64,000 nucleotides of DNA from Chiloscyllium plagiosum (GCF_004010195.1 NC_057719.1:63921196-63985195), one strand, 5' to 3'; shown: positions 24,172 through 37,493, numbered from the stretch's first letter. Notes: a model not told the origin generated them from the letters alone. Made by a program: numbers and translations.

Positions 24172-24710
24172 ACAACATTTTTGGAATATTGTGTGCAATT
24201 CTGGTCTCCCTCTGTAGGAAGGATGTTGTGAAACCTGAAAGGGTTCAGAAAAGACTCTCAAAGATGTTGCCAGAGTTGAAGGGTTTGAGCTATAGGGAGA
24301 AGCTGAATAGGCTGGGGCTATTTTCCCTGGAGCATCAGAGGCTGAGGGGTGGCCTTATTGAAGTTTATAAAATCATAAGCATGTATAGGGTAAATAGACA
24401 AGGTCTTGTCTGTTGGACTGGGGAGTCTAGAACTAGAGGGCATAAGTTTAGGGTGAGAAGGGAAAGATTTAAAGGGATCTAAGGAGCAACATTTTCACAG
24501 AGGGTGGTGCGTTTATGGAATGGGCTGCTAAAGAATAGTGGAGGCTAGTACAATTACATTTTAAAAAGGCATCTGGATGGCTATATGAATAGGAAGGGTT
24601 TAGAGGGATATGAGCCAAATGCTGGCAAATGAGACTAGATTAATTTAGGACATCTGGTCAGCATGGATGAGAAGGATCTGTTTCCGTGCCGTACATCTCA
24701 ATGACTGTAT
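24172..24710 (+). mobile_element. CR1 (HER1-like) 3' fragment
   Basis: ORF 24168-24482 RKDVVKPERVQKRL...RLRGGLIEVYKI...SRTRGHKFRVR; high similarity to 1320-1873. Confidence 0.92.
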
Positions 24711-24794
24711 AAAAGGTTTGGACCCTCCACTGTCATTATCTATGGATCCAGATAAACTGGAGCAGTGTAGAAAGCCTGAGATGGGCAGGATCTA

Positions 24795-25515
24795 ACACCT
24801 GCCCATTTATTTCCTCACCATCCAATGCCCCAAATACACCACCTGGGTAAAGTAGCGTTTCACCTGCACTTCATTCAATATAGTCTACTGTATTTACTTC
24901 TCACAATGTGGTCTTCTCTACATTGGGGATACTAAGTCCAGACTGGGTGACCGCTTTGCAGAACATGTACATTCTGTTTGCAAAAATGACTGAGTTTTCA
25001 GTTTCCTGCCATCCAACACACCACCGTATACCCTTGCCAGTGGGCAAGCTGGAAGAGCAGTACCTCATTTTCTGCTTGGGAATTCTGCAGCCTTCGTGAC
25101 TTAATATAGAGTTCAACATTTTTAGGTCTTGAGACGCCTTCTCCTATGTCCTTACTCAAACCCCACACACCAGGCCTTGTTATCACATGGGCTGCTACAC
25201 GCACATACAACCTATTGTCAAGTATTAATAGACTCATTTATTGTTATTTATTCTCCCAAGCTAACTCCCAACCCACTCCTTTGTCCAAGTGTTTTTCTTC
25301 TTTCTCTTTGGGCTCTATCCAACCTATTGTTTACCTCCTTCTTCTTCCTCCACACCCCCACACCCCCCCATCCATCCATCTTCTGGATAAATGTCAACCT
25401 TTTCCTCTCTGCCATCAGTGCTGAAGATGGATCACTGGACCCTAAACATAACCCTCCTTTCTCTCAATTGATACTGCCAGACCCACTGACTTTTCCCAGC
25501 AGTTTCTGTTTTGAC
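24795..25515 (+). mobile_element. Penelope-like (Neptune-type) 3' fragment: GIY-YIG endonuclease plus pLTR
   Basis: 24859 onward translates FTCTSFNIVYCIYFSQCGLLYIGDTKSRLGDRFAEH; decayed hammerhead ctgaagatggatcactggaccctaaac at 25421. Confidence 0.85.
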
Positions 25516-26017
25516 TATGGAAAAAAAATGAATGTTCTGTACTACTTATTTATGAAGATTTCTGCATTTACACTTCACCCACCAATGTGACACTGCAACA
25601 TTCTGCATCGGTAATATGGCCAAGTTTTGCTTTTCATCTTCTCCTCTTTCTTTTTCCCATTGAAATCAACTCAATTAACATTGGACCAGCAAACCTGCAT
25701 CTTCTGTGATCTATGTAGCTTTACTCTTTGCTAAATTATGTTGAACCTCCAGGACAACCTAAAGTGAATATAGTTTATAATATTGATGGTTTTAACATTC
25801 AATTTCAATTGTTATGAAATCCACTGATTGGCATTTTAGTTAATTAATTTAGTTTCAGTTTTAATGTTTTTTTCTGTTGCACCATGACAGCTTATCCTAA
25901 CTATTTCTCAGTTGTTTCATGTTTGTAGTGAGTCTACAATCATGCCTGTTGTTAAATTACTAAGTACTAGATATCTTGAAGGAACAAGATCAGTTAGTGG
26001 TCCTGAACTTAGAAAAA

Positions 26018-26420
26018 TACATAAAGCATATGAGTAGGTCTAAGCTGTTAATACCTTCAAGTCTGCTGTACACTTTGTGGTACATGGCTTATTCTCTATT
26101 TTAATCCCATATTCCTGCTCTCACCATTACTTCTTGACCATTTTGGTATCCGATTCTTTTCTGCTTCCTTAAAGGTATTCAGTTATTTGACCTCCACACC
26201 CTTTATGTGGTGGAGAATTCCACGAATTCTTTACCCTCTAAGTGAAGAAATTTCTCCTCCCCTCAATCCTAAATGGCCTGCCTTGTATCCTAGGACCATG
26301 GCTCTTATTCTAATCCCCTCTGCTAGGGAAAAAAATTGTCCCTGCATCTAGTCTCTCCACCTCTGTCCAGATTTATACATTTTCAGTTATATCCGCCCTC
26401 ATTCATTCTTCTAAACTTGA
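26018..26420 (-). mobile_element. Old CR1 3' fragment
   Basis: agaattccac...ctctaagtgaagaaatttctcctc...cattcttctaaact is the reverse complement of the CR1 FFTxRV/LWN region. Confidence 0.75.
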
Positions 26421-26533
26421 CTTGAAATAACTGTTGGAGCAAACACATGTAATTTAAATGTTCAAGATGTTGATCTATAAATTGGAGAACTTTAAGTTTT
26501 CAATTATTTTAATATATTTTATTTTTGCGGCAT

Positions 26534-27862
26534 GACAATAGACAATAGGTGCAGGAGTAGGCCATTCAGCCCTTCGAGCCTGCACCGCCATTCAATATAA
26601 TCATGGCTGATCATTCCTAATCAGTATCCTGTTCCTGCCTTATCTCCATAACCCTTGATTCCACCATCTTTGAGAGCTCTATCCAACTCTTCCTTAAATG
26701 AATCCAGAGAGTGGGCCTCCACTGCCCCCTGTGGCAGAGCATTCCACACAGCCACAGNNNNNNNNNNNNNNNNNNNNNNNNNNNNNNNNNNNNNNNNNNN
26801 NNNNNNNNNNNNNNNNNNNNNNNNNNNNNNNNNNNNNNNNNNNNNNNNNNNNNNNNNNNNNNNNNNNNNNNNNNNNNNNNNNNNNNNNNNNNNNNNNNNN
26901 NNNNNNNNNNNNNNNNNNNNNNNNNNNNNNNNNNNNNNNNNNNNNNNNNNNNNNNNNNNNNNNNNNNNNNNNNNNNNNNNNNNNNNNNNNNNNNNNNNNN
27001 NNNNNNNNNNNNNNNNNNNNNNNNNNNNNNNNNNNNNNNNNNNNNNNNNNNNNNNNNNNNNNNNNNNNNNNNNNNNNNNNNNNNNNNNNNNNNNNNNNNN
27101 NNNNNNNNNNNNNNNNNNNNNNNNNNNNNNNNNNNNNNNNNNNNNNNNNNNNNNNNNNNNNNNNNNNNNNNNNNNNNNNNNNNNNNNNNNNNNNNNNNNN
27201 NNNNNNNNNNNNNNNNNNNNNNNNNNNNNNNNNNNNNNNNNNNNNNNNNNNNNNNNNNNNNNNNNNNNNNNNNNNNNNNNNNNNNNNNNNNNNNNNNNNN
27301 NNNNNNNNNNNNNNNNNNNNNNNNNNNNNNNNNNNNNNNNNNNNNNNNNNNNNNNNNNNNNNNNNNNNNNNNNNNNNNNNNNNNNNNNNNNNNNNNNNNN
27401 NNNNNNNNNNNNNNNNNNNNNNNNNNNNNNNNNNNNNNNNNNNNNNNNNNNNNNNNNNNNNNNNNNNNNNNNNNNNNNNNNNNNNNNNNNNNNNNNNNNN
27501 NNNNNNNNNNNNNNNNNNNNNNNNNNNNNNNNNNNNNNNNNNNNNNNNNNNNNNNNNNNNNNNNNNNAATAGACTCCATCATCTTTCCCACCACTGAGGT
27601 CAGACTAACTGGTCTATAATTTCCTGCTTTCTCTCTCCCACCTTTCTTAAAAAGTGGTATAACATTAGCCACCCTCCAATCCTCAGGAACCGACCCCGAA
27701 TCTATTGAACTCTGGAAAATAATCACCAACGCATCCATGAGTTCCCGAGCGACCTCCTTCAGTACTCCCGAGCCACCACCATCAGGCCCCGGAGACTTAT
27801 CAACCTTCAGACCTAACAGCTTCTCCAACACCAAATCCTGGCAAATATAAATTTCCTTAAGT
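26534..27862 (-). mobile_element. Young CR1 LINE spanning an assembly gap
   Basis: Minus ORF LKVDKSPGPDG...[36 protein letters not shown]; 3' tail gacaatagacaatagg at 26534. Confidence 0.9.
26758..27567. other. Assembly gap (810 N)
   Basis: Run of n. Confidence 1.
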
Positions 27863-28034
27863 TCTATATAGCTTCTATATAGCTTTGCAATTGATTTAGA
27901 CATCAGTATTGAGTATGAGGTTGCTAGTAAAAGAACAGATTTAAATGCCAATGAGATGTATACCTCTGTTCTCTGCAGTTGTTAACATTCCAATAAAGAG
28001 TGGCATCATGTGTTTCCATTGCTTTTTAAAGATG

Positions 28035-28375
28035 CTGTCTTGTTTGTAAATGGCACGGGCAAATCTGCACTTATTGAACATCTCTAATTGCCCTCTAGAA
28101 AAGTGGAGATGGGCCTCAGCCCATTGCATTCTATGTGATGATAATGCTCCTAAAATAGTGTTAGGAATTCAAAAATGTTGACCTTGTGACAGTGGTGATA
28201 TAAGTTGTCATTGGGGTTGTATGTCATTAAGGTGCATGAGGACTAATGGAATTTCCAAGCCCTTCATTCTTAGAGTCAGATCTTGTAGAGAAGAGAGGTA
28301 TTCTTAATACGTTAATACAGCATATATTGTAGATTTTGTATGCCGAGTCTGTAATTGCAATCTATGCCATCCAAA
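28035..28375 (-). repeat. Old interspersed repeat, probably a LINE 3' end; related pieces at ~13095-13165, ~37225-37480, ~62190-62345
   Basis: Shared motif atttattg..catc.ctaattgccct..aga...ggtgg and ttcttgaacc among the copies. Confidence 0.4.
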
Positions 28376-28483
28376 ATTGCATTTATCCATCTGATAATAT
28401 TTCTGGATCATAATAGGAATATATAGAAATACACTGAATTTTAACTGTTACCTCAGACATTTTTAGACAAGTTAGACATGTAA

Positions 28484-28570
28484 GAACAAAATGAAGGAAT
28501 TGTGAATGCTGGAAATCTGAAAGAAAAACAAATAGCTGGAAAAGTTCAACAGATTTCCAGCAATTTCTGT
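28484..28570. mobile_element. Penelope pLTR remnant, partly self-complementary
   Basis: atgctggaaatctgaaagaaaaacaaatagctggaaaag followed by cagatttccagcaatttctgtt. Confidence 0.6.
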
Positions 28571-29204
28571 TATCATTGTGTATGCCATATAAGAGCTGTT
28601 TTGGATGAAGTTGTATGGTGTTTTTTAAAGAATGCACAATATCAGTTTGCCTTTAACAGAACATTTTTTACTATTGATTTATTTAATGGCCTTTGTTAGG
28701 TTGTTGTATCTTTTATAGCGATGTCAGCACGGCTGAGGGAATTGAAGGGCACAAAATGTTTTGCTACCCATTAATGTTAGCAAGCTAAATGAAGTTTCTC
28801 TTTTTAGGCGAGAATCCAACTTATTCTATAACTGTACAACTTATTTAGTCAGGATAGAGTTAAATTACCAGGATCTCTTTTGTTAAAGACCTTCACCAGC
28901 CCTGTAATGCAGTATAATTCAATTATTTGGCAAGTATCCTTTTTTTAAAAGGCAACTTTGTCTTTCTGAGTTGCTGTTGCAATTAGTTTTCCTCTTTGCA
29001 GGAATTTATTGTAAACAGTTGGTTGAATCATACATTCTTCCCATTGATATTATTTTCTTTCATTTTTAAATAGAGTTTAAGCTATTTATTTCTCTGAACG
29101 GTTGCCTTGATAATTTTGTTTAGTGTGACAAAAAGAATGAACTTGAAGGAGAAGAAAAGAGAGTTTTTAAACCCAAGTATGCTTCATCTGCAGTAATAGT
29201 TTAT

Positions 29205-29366
29205 TTTACAGATTAGGAAGAGCAAGACCATTGAGACATTTGAAAACAGATGAGCATTTTAAAATAAATTTGTTGCTTTATTGGGAGCCAATTTAGCTCA
29301 ACGAGCACGAGTAGTATGCCAGTGAGGGTTTAATATGAATTGAGATACCAGCAGAAGACCTTGAAC
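29205..29366 (-). mobile_element. L2-clade LINE remnant
   Basis: atttgaaaacagatgagcattttaaaat...gggagccaatttagctcaacgagcac; minus strand contains a WLPIKQQIYFKM-like segment typical of the L2 ORF2 C-terminus. Confidence 0.55.
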
Positions 29367-29618
29367 TCTACTACTTGCTTTGTTCCTACTTGAGCTTCAA
29401 ATATGCAGGTGCCAAACTTGGAACTTTGATTAGTTGGAATGCAAAGACCAAAAGTAGATTCCATTACAGATCCAAATGGATGAATTTTGTTTAGTTTATA
29501 TTTCCAGTTTGTAATTGGAACTGTCTTTACATAGGTTATACACGAGTTTAATACAGAGTGTAGGGATTTGAGTTCAGAGTTTTATATCCAGGAGATATCT
29601 AGACCCTAACTTTTACCT

Positions 29619-30223
29619 TATTCACAGGCAAGTGTAAAGTGGTGAGTTCTAGATGTGATTCGATTGATCACACTATTAGGCTTTAAGCAAAGCACTTTAT
29701 TACAATACATTTAAAATACAAACAAAATAAAGAAGAATTAGGATAATTAACTCTATTGGAAAAATTAATAGAATAATAGATTATTTAACTGCTAAACATC
29801 AATTGTTTCAATATAGTAACGTCCCTTAAACACACCCATGGCAAAGGCAAATTCAGTGAAATGGATTGTCTTATGTGCAATGTATCTGTAGTGTAGAAAG
29901 GAACACTGAGAAAATTCTGGTGGAGAGAACTCCAGTTTTTTTTATTATGGCAGAGAGAAAGATGTCAGTTTTCATAGCCAACTTCAAAACCCCACCAAAT
30001 GAAAGCTAAACTAAACCCCTGGTTCTTTGGAAGCCTAACTCCACCCATAAATGCTGCTTCTATAGTTCTAACTTTTTTTTCTTTTCTAAACTAAAGCCAA
30101 GGTCCTCTTAAGCTGTTTAACCTTATTGGCTTGGAAAATAAACAGCTCTACACTTGTCTCACCCTCTTGTTTTTAAAAAAAGATAGGGCACAATACACCT
30201 TTCAAAGCCATTGTGTTGTCATA
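29619..30223 (-). mobile_element. Probable solo LTR (Gypsy/ERV-type)
   Basis: ~600 bp; minus strand starts tatgacaacacaatggctttgaaaggtgtatt (decayed TGTGAC), AATAAA ~80 bp before the far end; no coding sequence; no TSD confirmed. Confidence 0.5.
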
Positions 30224-30454
30224 AGATGCAAGATAACTTTGCAAAGGACAAAATTGAAATGACTTTAAATCCAATTTTAAGTATCGGCTTTTGCTTGCTG
30301 AAAGCTTTGTCATTTGTTTTGGAGCTGTTATCTGCAAGTTTTCTTAACAAATTGCGATCATAACAAGGCCTTGTCAAGGGTAATTTTTTTTTTGGACTGT
30401 AATAAAATGTAATCTGTTGTCAAAAACTACATCCTAGGCCTTGCAAAAATACCA

Positions 30455-30915
30455 TGCAAGGACTATGACAGGCAGAAAACTAGCCACCAGGATACATTAA
30501 CACCAACTAGCCACAAAAAGGCATGACCCTCTCTCACTAGTATCCTTACATATGGATGAGAAGGACACCACTTCGACTGGGACAACACATCCATCCTAGG
30601 AAAAGCCAAACAAAGACATGCACGAGAATTCCTAGAAGTGTGGCATTCCAACCGGAACTCCATCAACAAACACATCAAGTTAAACTCCATCTACCACCCC
30701 TGAGAAAAAGAACAGGAAGTGATTTCACCACAGGAAATGACATCACCAACCCAAACACATGAATAGAAAGCAGGACTTATCAGCAGTGCTTTGCCTGAGG
30801 CCCACTGAAGATGTTACTTAGTAGGGTGACAAAACGTTTGGAAATGAACCTTCCAGCTCAACGAGCAAACCTACATCCAAAACCTCAACCTGAGCTACAA
30901 ATCTTCTTAAAACTT
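30455..30915 (+). mobile_element. Penelope-like 3' fragment, same group as 11949-12313
   Basis: Encodes HHFDWDNTSILGKAKQRHAREFLEVWHSNRNSINKHI; decayed hammerhead ctgaagatgttacttagtagggtgacaaaacgtttgg at 30805. Confidence 0.85.
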
Positions 30916-31039
30916 GCTGTTAGGCCTTTCATTGCACAAAAAAGTTCTGCAATATGTGCTAGGATTCTGTTAGACAATCTTTCCTATTCTTCATCTAGGA
31001 TGAATTTCACTATATTTAGAACAAAATTTTTTAAGTCTT

Positions 31040-31150
31040 GCACATGCTGGAGATCTGAAATAAAATATAAAGTACTGGAGAAACACAAGTGTGGCAGAAT
31101 CTGTGGAAAACGGAAGAGTTCATGTTTTAAGTATAATGAATTATCTTGAG
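31040..31150 (-). mobile_element. Penelope pLTR remnant
   Basis: atgctggagatctgaaataaaatataaagtactggagaaacacaagtgtggcagaatctgtgga. Confidence 0.6.
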
Positions 31151-31441
31151 TCATTGCACTCAATTAGTTGGAATTGAAATTTTGGCCTGGATTTTCTGCT
31201 GCTGAGACAGCAGTTATTCCAGTTTAGATAGGATTTGTGCTTGGGGCTCCTGTCGAATCCCCATCATAAAGACTGAAGGAATTGCTCGGGAAATTGATGA
31301 CTCTGTTGAGCAATTCTTCTACGGTTGGAGCCCTCTGAAGTCTCCATTTTAATAGAACTCAGTGAATTGTGACAAAATTAGCTAACAGTTACTGAGGCAA
31401 AGTAAGACGACTAAACACATAGTGTGACTCCTAGATAACTA

Positions 31442-31637
31442 CAGTCAATTCTTCTATAATGCGATGGTTACGTTTATTGCACAACCTTATGAAATAGCAT
31501 TTACAATGTTGGCGCTATAATCGTGTTACAGCCAACATGTTTTAAAAGTTTGCGCTGTAGAAACAGTATTCCCAATTCATCAATCACATTACAGTGAATT
31601 TGCATTGACGAAAAGCAAGCTATAACAGAATGACCTG
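31442..31637. mobile_element. Tigger/pogo-like MITE
   Basis: TA|cagtcaattcttctata ... tataacagaatgacctg|TA; internal aatcgtgttacagccaa is also present in a partial relative at ~15670-15788. Confidence 0.7.
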
Positions 31638-31649
31638 TATGCAAATTTA

Positions 31650-32125
31650 CTCTATACTTGCCTTGCCTCCCCCCCCACTCTCTCCCTCCAAAACAAACAT
31701 CACGTAAGATCCACCCCCCCTTCTTTCACCACCAGATCTGAGCTCTTCTTGCCTCATTCCATATAGAGAAATGTTCACCCATTCCCCTGTTCCACATTTG
31801 ATTTCCCCATCCCTCCCACTCCACTGCTGTGCCCCTCTGCCTGCACACTCCACAGCTAAACCTCTCCCTGCCATCAGACCTGACTCCTCTTCCTGCAGCC
31901 GCATCATTTACTTTGCTTTCTTGACCCCTTATTTCTGAAGGTGCCTAATCAGAACCTTCTCAAAGAAACATGGAACTCCCCTTTTTTTTTGTTTTCAAAA
32001 CAAAAAGCGGGTATCTGCATGAAATTACCACTCCTTGGAAAATCTAGCCCATTAACTCTGGTTCTCTTTCTACAGATATTGCCAGATCTTCTGTGTTTCT
32101 TTAGTGTCTGTTTTTTATTTTTAAA
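31650..32125 (+). mobile_element. Old Penelope-like 3' remnant
   Basis: C-rich tract, then tttctgaagg and ttaactctggttctctttctacagatattgccagatcttctgtgtttc (pLTR). Confidence 0.5.
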
Positions 32126-32217
32126 AGGAGTGCAATTTAATACTGCGTCCTTCCATGAAAATCAGAACTGTTATGCTGGTATGTCTGGACAAGTACTCAA
32201 GCTAAAGTTTCAGATTA

Positions 32218-32481
32218 CATAGAACATGGAACAATACAGCGCAGTACAGGCCCTTCGGCCCTCGATGTTGCGCCGATCCAAGCCCACCTAACCTACACTA
32301 GCCCACTATCCTCCATATGCCTATCCAATGCCCGCTTAAATGCCCATAATGAGGGAGAGTCCACCACTGCTACTGGCAGGGCATTCCATGAACTCACGAC
32401 TCGCTGAGTAAAGAACCTACCCGTAACATCTGTCCTATACCACCCCCCCTTAATTTATAGCTATGCCCCCTTGTAATAGCT
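32218..32481 (-). mobile_element. Young 5'-truncated CR1 3' end
   Basis: Tail acatagaacatggaac; CpG-rich cagtacaggcccttcggccctcgatgttgcgccga; related to 41679-41991. Confidence 0.85.
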
Positions 32482-33803
32482 TATGGAGTGGAATGCCAAT
32501 TATGTTCCATAAACCATCAAATGATAGTGTGCATGGAATTTGTCAATAACCGTATCCAACTCACTCACTTTGGTGCTGCCGACATTGCATTCAGGTAATT
32601 TTTCAGTAACCTAAGGTGCTCCTGATTTTTACTCTTTGTGGAAGATATTAGAACTATTTGAAACTCATCATTCTGGAAGTTGAGTGTATTCAGTGAGTGC
32701 AGTGTAAATAAAATAATTAAAGGACCTGATATTAGTATCTGCTTTGAAATGTAGTTCTCCTTCCTTTTACAGGATTCAATTTACTGAATTCTATGTCCTG
32801 AAAACAGCTTAGAACTTCGAATAAAAATGTGATTATTGAAACAAACTTTTCAAAGCAATTGATCCATTTAATGGGGCTGTAGCAAGCATAAACTCCAACA
32901 CCTAATTTTACTATTATGATTTTGTATCTTTTATCAGGACTTCATTCATTGTGAATTTCAGTTCTTGTGTATTTACTTTATGGTAATAGATATTTTCTGT
33001 GCAAAGCTTTGTCTTTTTAAGTAAAAATAGTAAAATGATGGGACAAGAGTACAAAGAATGTGTTGCAAACTTCAACTTGGGATAGTTTCCCTTCTTACAG
33101 ACATTAGTGTTATCACATTTACCATTCTCAAGATCTCTGAGCCACGACTAACAGTGCATTGGTTTGAAGTTTTCTCGAAGTGGCAGATGATAAGCTCAAA
33201 TCATTACAGTTTTATTTATCCAATTGCTTTCTATAGGATTTTTACAAAAGGATATGCAGATATCAGGCAGCCAAAACAGCACAGCACTCTCTTCATAGTA
33301 TGTGGATCTTTTGTGAACAGGGCAAACATCTGTTGAAGGATGATTATTTGACAGCAGAATCTTGAATTAGTAAATGGCAGTGAAAAGATTTAATTAAATG
33401 TCCAGTCAAATGCAGCGCATGATATCTTATTAGAGGATGATGGGATTAAGTGTGATAAAAGCAGTTACCAAAACATGTTATTTTTCCAAAATCTCTCCCA
33501 TTAATTAAAATCTATAGAAATAATACTCCTCATTTCTAGAAGTGAATTTTCAATACCAGAAAAATTGGATTAACAGTTGGCACAGCACCTTTTTTTTTAA
33601 AAAAAAAAATTACATACAGTGGAATGGACAACCTTTAACGTTGAGTTTCTTGGGTAATAATTAGGCTTGGCAGCTTTGTTTATTTGATTGATAGATCTTT
33701 GTGAGTTGTCAGTACTATATCAAGTAATTCTACATCTAACTGCACAGGTGCATTTGCTGTCCATTTTGCATTATAATAAAAGTGAACCTCTTTTTCCTAT
33801 CAG

Positions 33804-33881
33804 CCCAATATGTTGTCGAATAGAAATTGTTTTGCAATCATCTAGACAGTAATCTGGTAAATAGTTTTTCTCTGATTCAAG
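33804..33881 (+). other. Candidate 78-nt non-coding (5' UTR) exon
   Basis: Acceptor ctctttttcctatcag| and consensus donor AAG|GTGAGT in unique sequence; stops in all three frames. Confidence 0.5.
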
Positions 33882-33984
33882 GTGAGTAACTTTACATTTG
33901 AACTCTTTTTATTTAGTTTTCCCCATTAACCTATCTGTTATTTGTAACTTCTATCCATATTGTGTATGTTGTAATATATTGTCT

Positions 33985-36565
33985 AATTGGTAAGTAATAA
34001 AATTTAAATCAATAGTAAGAAACAAAGTAGGATCAAATGGTGTAGAATCTGTGGGTAGAATTGAGGAACCGCTAAGGTAAAAAAACTCCATAGTTGGAGT
34101 TATGTATAGGCCTCCAAATAGTAATCAGGATAGTGATTACTAAATAGTAATCAGGTGCAATATACACCAGGAGATGGAAAAGATGTGTAGGAAAGGCAAA
34201 ATTGCAATGATCATGGGGATTTCAATATGCAGGTGGACTGGGAAAATCAGGTTGGTAGTGGATTGCAAGGAAAGGAATTTGTGGAATGTCTGCGAGATGG
34301 CTTTTTGCAACAGCTTGTGATAGAGCCCACTAGAATAGGCAATAGTGGATTTAGTGTTGTGCAATGAGGCAGACCTGATAAGGGAGCTTAAGGTGAAGGA
34401 ATCCTTAGGAGGCAATGATCATATTATGATCAAATTTACTTTGGCAATTTGAGAGGGAGAAGATTAGAATTAGAGATAACGGTATCGCAGAGTCATGAGG
34501 AAGGAGCCGGGTAAAATTGACTAGGAGAATAACCTAGCATGAAAGACCATGGAACAACAATGGCAGGAGTTTCTGGGAGTAATTCAGGAGACACAGCAGA
34601 AGTTCATACTGAGGAAAAAGAATTATGGTACAGGAAGGATGAGGCAACTATGACTGACTAAGAGACTCAGGGATGGCATAAAAGCAAAAGAGAAAGCATA
34701 TAATGTGGTGAAGGGCAGTGGAAACCAGAGGGTTTGGAAGCTCTCAAAGATAAACTAAGGGTAACAAAAGAATAAATAAGGAGGGAGAAGATTAAATATG
34801 AGGGTTAGCTAGCCAGTAATATGCAGGAAGACTGTAAGAAAAAAAAAATATATATATATGAAGTGGACATTGGGCTGCTGAAAAATGACGCTGGAGAGAT
34901 AGTGGGTACAAGGGGAAATGGCTGAGGAACTGAACTTTGCATCAGTCTTCAGGGTGGACGATATTAATAATATCCCAAAAATCAGAGTGAGGGGGCAGAT
35001 CTGAGTACGGTAGCGATCATGAAGGAGAAGGTGCTAGAAAAACTGGCCTGAAAGTGGATAAATTACCTGGACCAGATGGATTACACACAGGGTTCTAAGG
35101 GTGATAGCTGAAGAGATAGTGGAGGCGTTAGTGGTGATCTTTCAGGAATTGTTAGAAACAGGGAGGGTCCCAGAGGACTGGAAAATCGCTATTATGACAT
35201 CCCTGTTTAAAAAGGGGTAAGGCCAATGATGGAAAATTATAGACTGATCAGCTTAACCTTGATCTGGCCAAGATCCTGGAATCCATTGTGAAAGAAGAGA
35301 TTTCTGAATACTTGGAAACGTACGGTGAAATAGGGCAAAGTCAGCATGATTTCATCAAGGGGATGTCATGCCTGACAAATCTAGAATTCTTTGAGAAAGT
35401 AATGAGCAGGTTAGACCAAGGACAGCCAATGGATATTAGCTACATGGACTTTGTCAAAGTGTCACACAGGAGGCTGTTGAGTGCAATAAGGGCCCATGGT
35501 GTCAGAGACAAGGTGCTAGCATGGATACGAGCTTGGCTGTCTGGCAGAAAGCAGAGAGTGGGGATAAAAGGGTCATTCTCAGGATGGCAGCCAGTGACAA
35601 GTGGTGTTCTACAAGGCTCCGTGTTGGGACCATAACTTTTCACTTTATATATTAACAATCTGATGAAGGAACTGAGGACATTCTGGCTAAGTTTGCAGAG
35701 GTAGCATTGAGGAGGTGGAGAGTCTGCAGAAGGATTTGGACAAGTTAGGAGAGAGGGCAAAGAAGTGGCAGATTGAAAACAACGTGGGAAAATGTGAAGT
35801 CATGCACTTTGGTAGGAAGAACAGTGGCAAAGACTATTTTCTAAATGGGGAGAAAAATCAGAAGTCTGAAGTGCACTGAGACTTTGGGAGTTCTTGTCCA
35901 GGATTCTCGCAAGGTAAGCTTGCTGGTTGAGTCAGTAGTTAGGAAGGAAAATGCAATGATGGCTTTTATTTTAAGAGGACTTGAATATAAAAGCAGGGAT
36001 GTACTTCTGAGGCTTTATAAGGCTCTGGTCAGACTACATTTGGAGTATTGTGCACAGTTTTGGGCCCCATATCCTGGGAAGAATGTACGAGCCCTGGAGT
36101 GTGTTCAGAGGCGGTTCACAAGAATGGTCCCAGTAATGCAAAGTTTAACACGAGGAATGTTGGAGGACTCTGGCTCTACACTCGATGGAATTTAGAAAGG
36201 TTGGGGGAATCTAACTGAAATATTTACAGAATACTGAATGTCCTGGGCAGATTAGATGGTGAGAAGATGTTTCCATTGGTAGGAGAGACTATGACTTAAT
36301 GGCATATCCTTAGAGTAAAGGGAAACCTTCTTAGAACAGATAAGAAGAAACCTCAAGCCAGAGATTGATGAATCTATGCATTTTATTGCCACAGAAGGTT
36401 GTGGAGGCCAGGTTATTTCCTATATATAAGACTGAGATAGATTCATGAGAATCTCGGGTTATGGGAGAAAGTGGGAGAATGGGATTGAGAAACTTATCAG
36501 CCATGGCAGAGTAGACTCAACGGGCTGAATGATCTAATTTCTGCTCCTAGGCCTTACAGCCTTAG
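33985..36565 (+). mobile_element. Long decayed CR1 LINE (endonuclease, RT, 3' UTR)
   Basis: tatgtataggcctccaaatagt (YRPPNS), atcatggggatttcaat (GDFN-like), ORFs 35288 and 35845 ([30 protein letters not shown]). Confidence 0.92.
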
Positions 36566-36639
36566 GGTAACTTAGTATTGCCTATAAATCTGAACATGAC
36601 TCTTATTCTTTTGTCCAAATCATGAATGCACAGAGGCAA

Positions 36640-37210
36640 AACTGAAGACTACTCCTGTCGGAGTCAGTCATTCAGCCCATTAAACCTGCTCCATCATTCA
36701 ATATGATTGTAGTGGAAGTGAATAATTAAAAACCTTCTACTTGCTCCATCCTTGTAATCCTGTATGGCATGAATAATTAGAAACATACTCAAAGACTCAG
36801 TCCCTGTAGTCTTCTGTGGTAGAGAATCCAAAAGTTTACAATCCTGAGTAAAATAGTTTCTCCTCTTGAACCAAACTGGCATTCCCCTTTTTTTTATTTT
36901 TAAATTTCAGATTTATCGATCGGTGATGCATCTTATGTGCATCTACCTTAAATATTTCGTAGGTTTGAATGAGATCACCTATCCTTGCTGAAGATCTAGG
37001 GAGTACAGGACCAGGATGTCCAATGTCTTTTCATAGGTCAGTCCTGCCATCCCAGGGACAAGACAAATCACTAACAAACTGACAATCTGTGCTTGAACCA
37101 ATTTATTCCTGTTCTGTTTGCTGTCTCCCAAGCAATTACTGACCATGTCACAAGGCCATCTTTCATTTCACGCACCCTGGGTTTTACAATTAAATCTTGA
37201 TATGAGTGAC
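36640..37210 (-). mobile_element. Old CR1 3' fragment
   Basis: attcagcccattaaacctgctccatcattcaatatgat; ttctgtggtagagaatcca; ORF 36694 RRNYFTQ..LLDSLPQK. Confidence 0.7.
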
Positions 37211-37493
37211 ACTAACAAACCTGTATTTATTTCTGAGAAACTGGTGGTGACTCTTCCTTGAACCACAGATTTTATGGTGAGGATGCTATCCATTGATATG
37301 TTAGTATTATTACTCGGTGAGGGTAAAGGGACTAACTATATGTATGTGTCTAACTATAAGACTTGTGTGTAGCGTGGAAACTTAAGTAATTTGTTTCCAT
37401 GATCTTGATATTCCTGTCCACGTTAGGTCCAAGTATTCTAGAGTTATAAGGCTGTTCAAAAGTAACTAGTATTGGAATGCCATCAGTCTTTTT

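Noticed and set aside
26617..27951. 299-444 aa ORFs (also those at 39496-39972)
   Set aside because: Their length comes from translating N gaps; the real residues are CR1 fragments.
31180..31390. Harbinger-like MITE starting ggcctggattttc
   Set aside because: I could not find a matching second terminal repeat.
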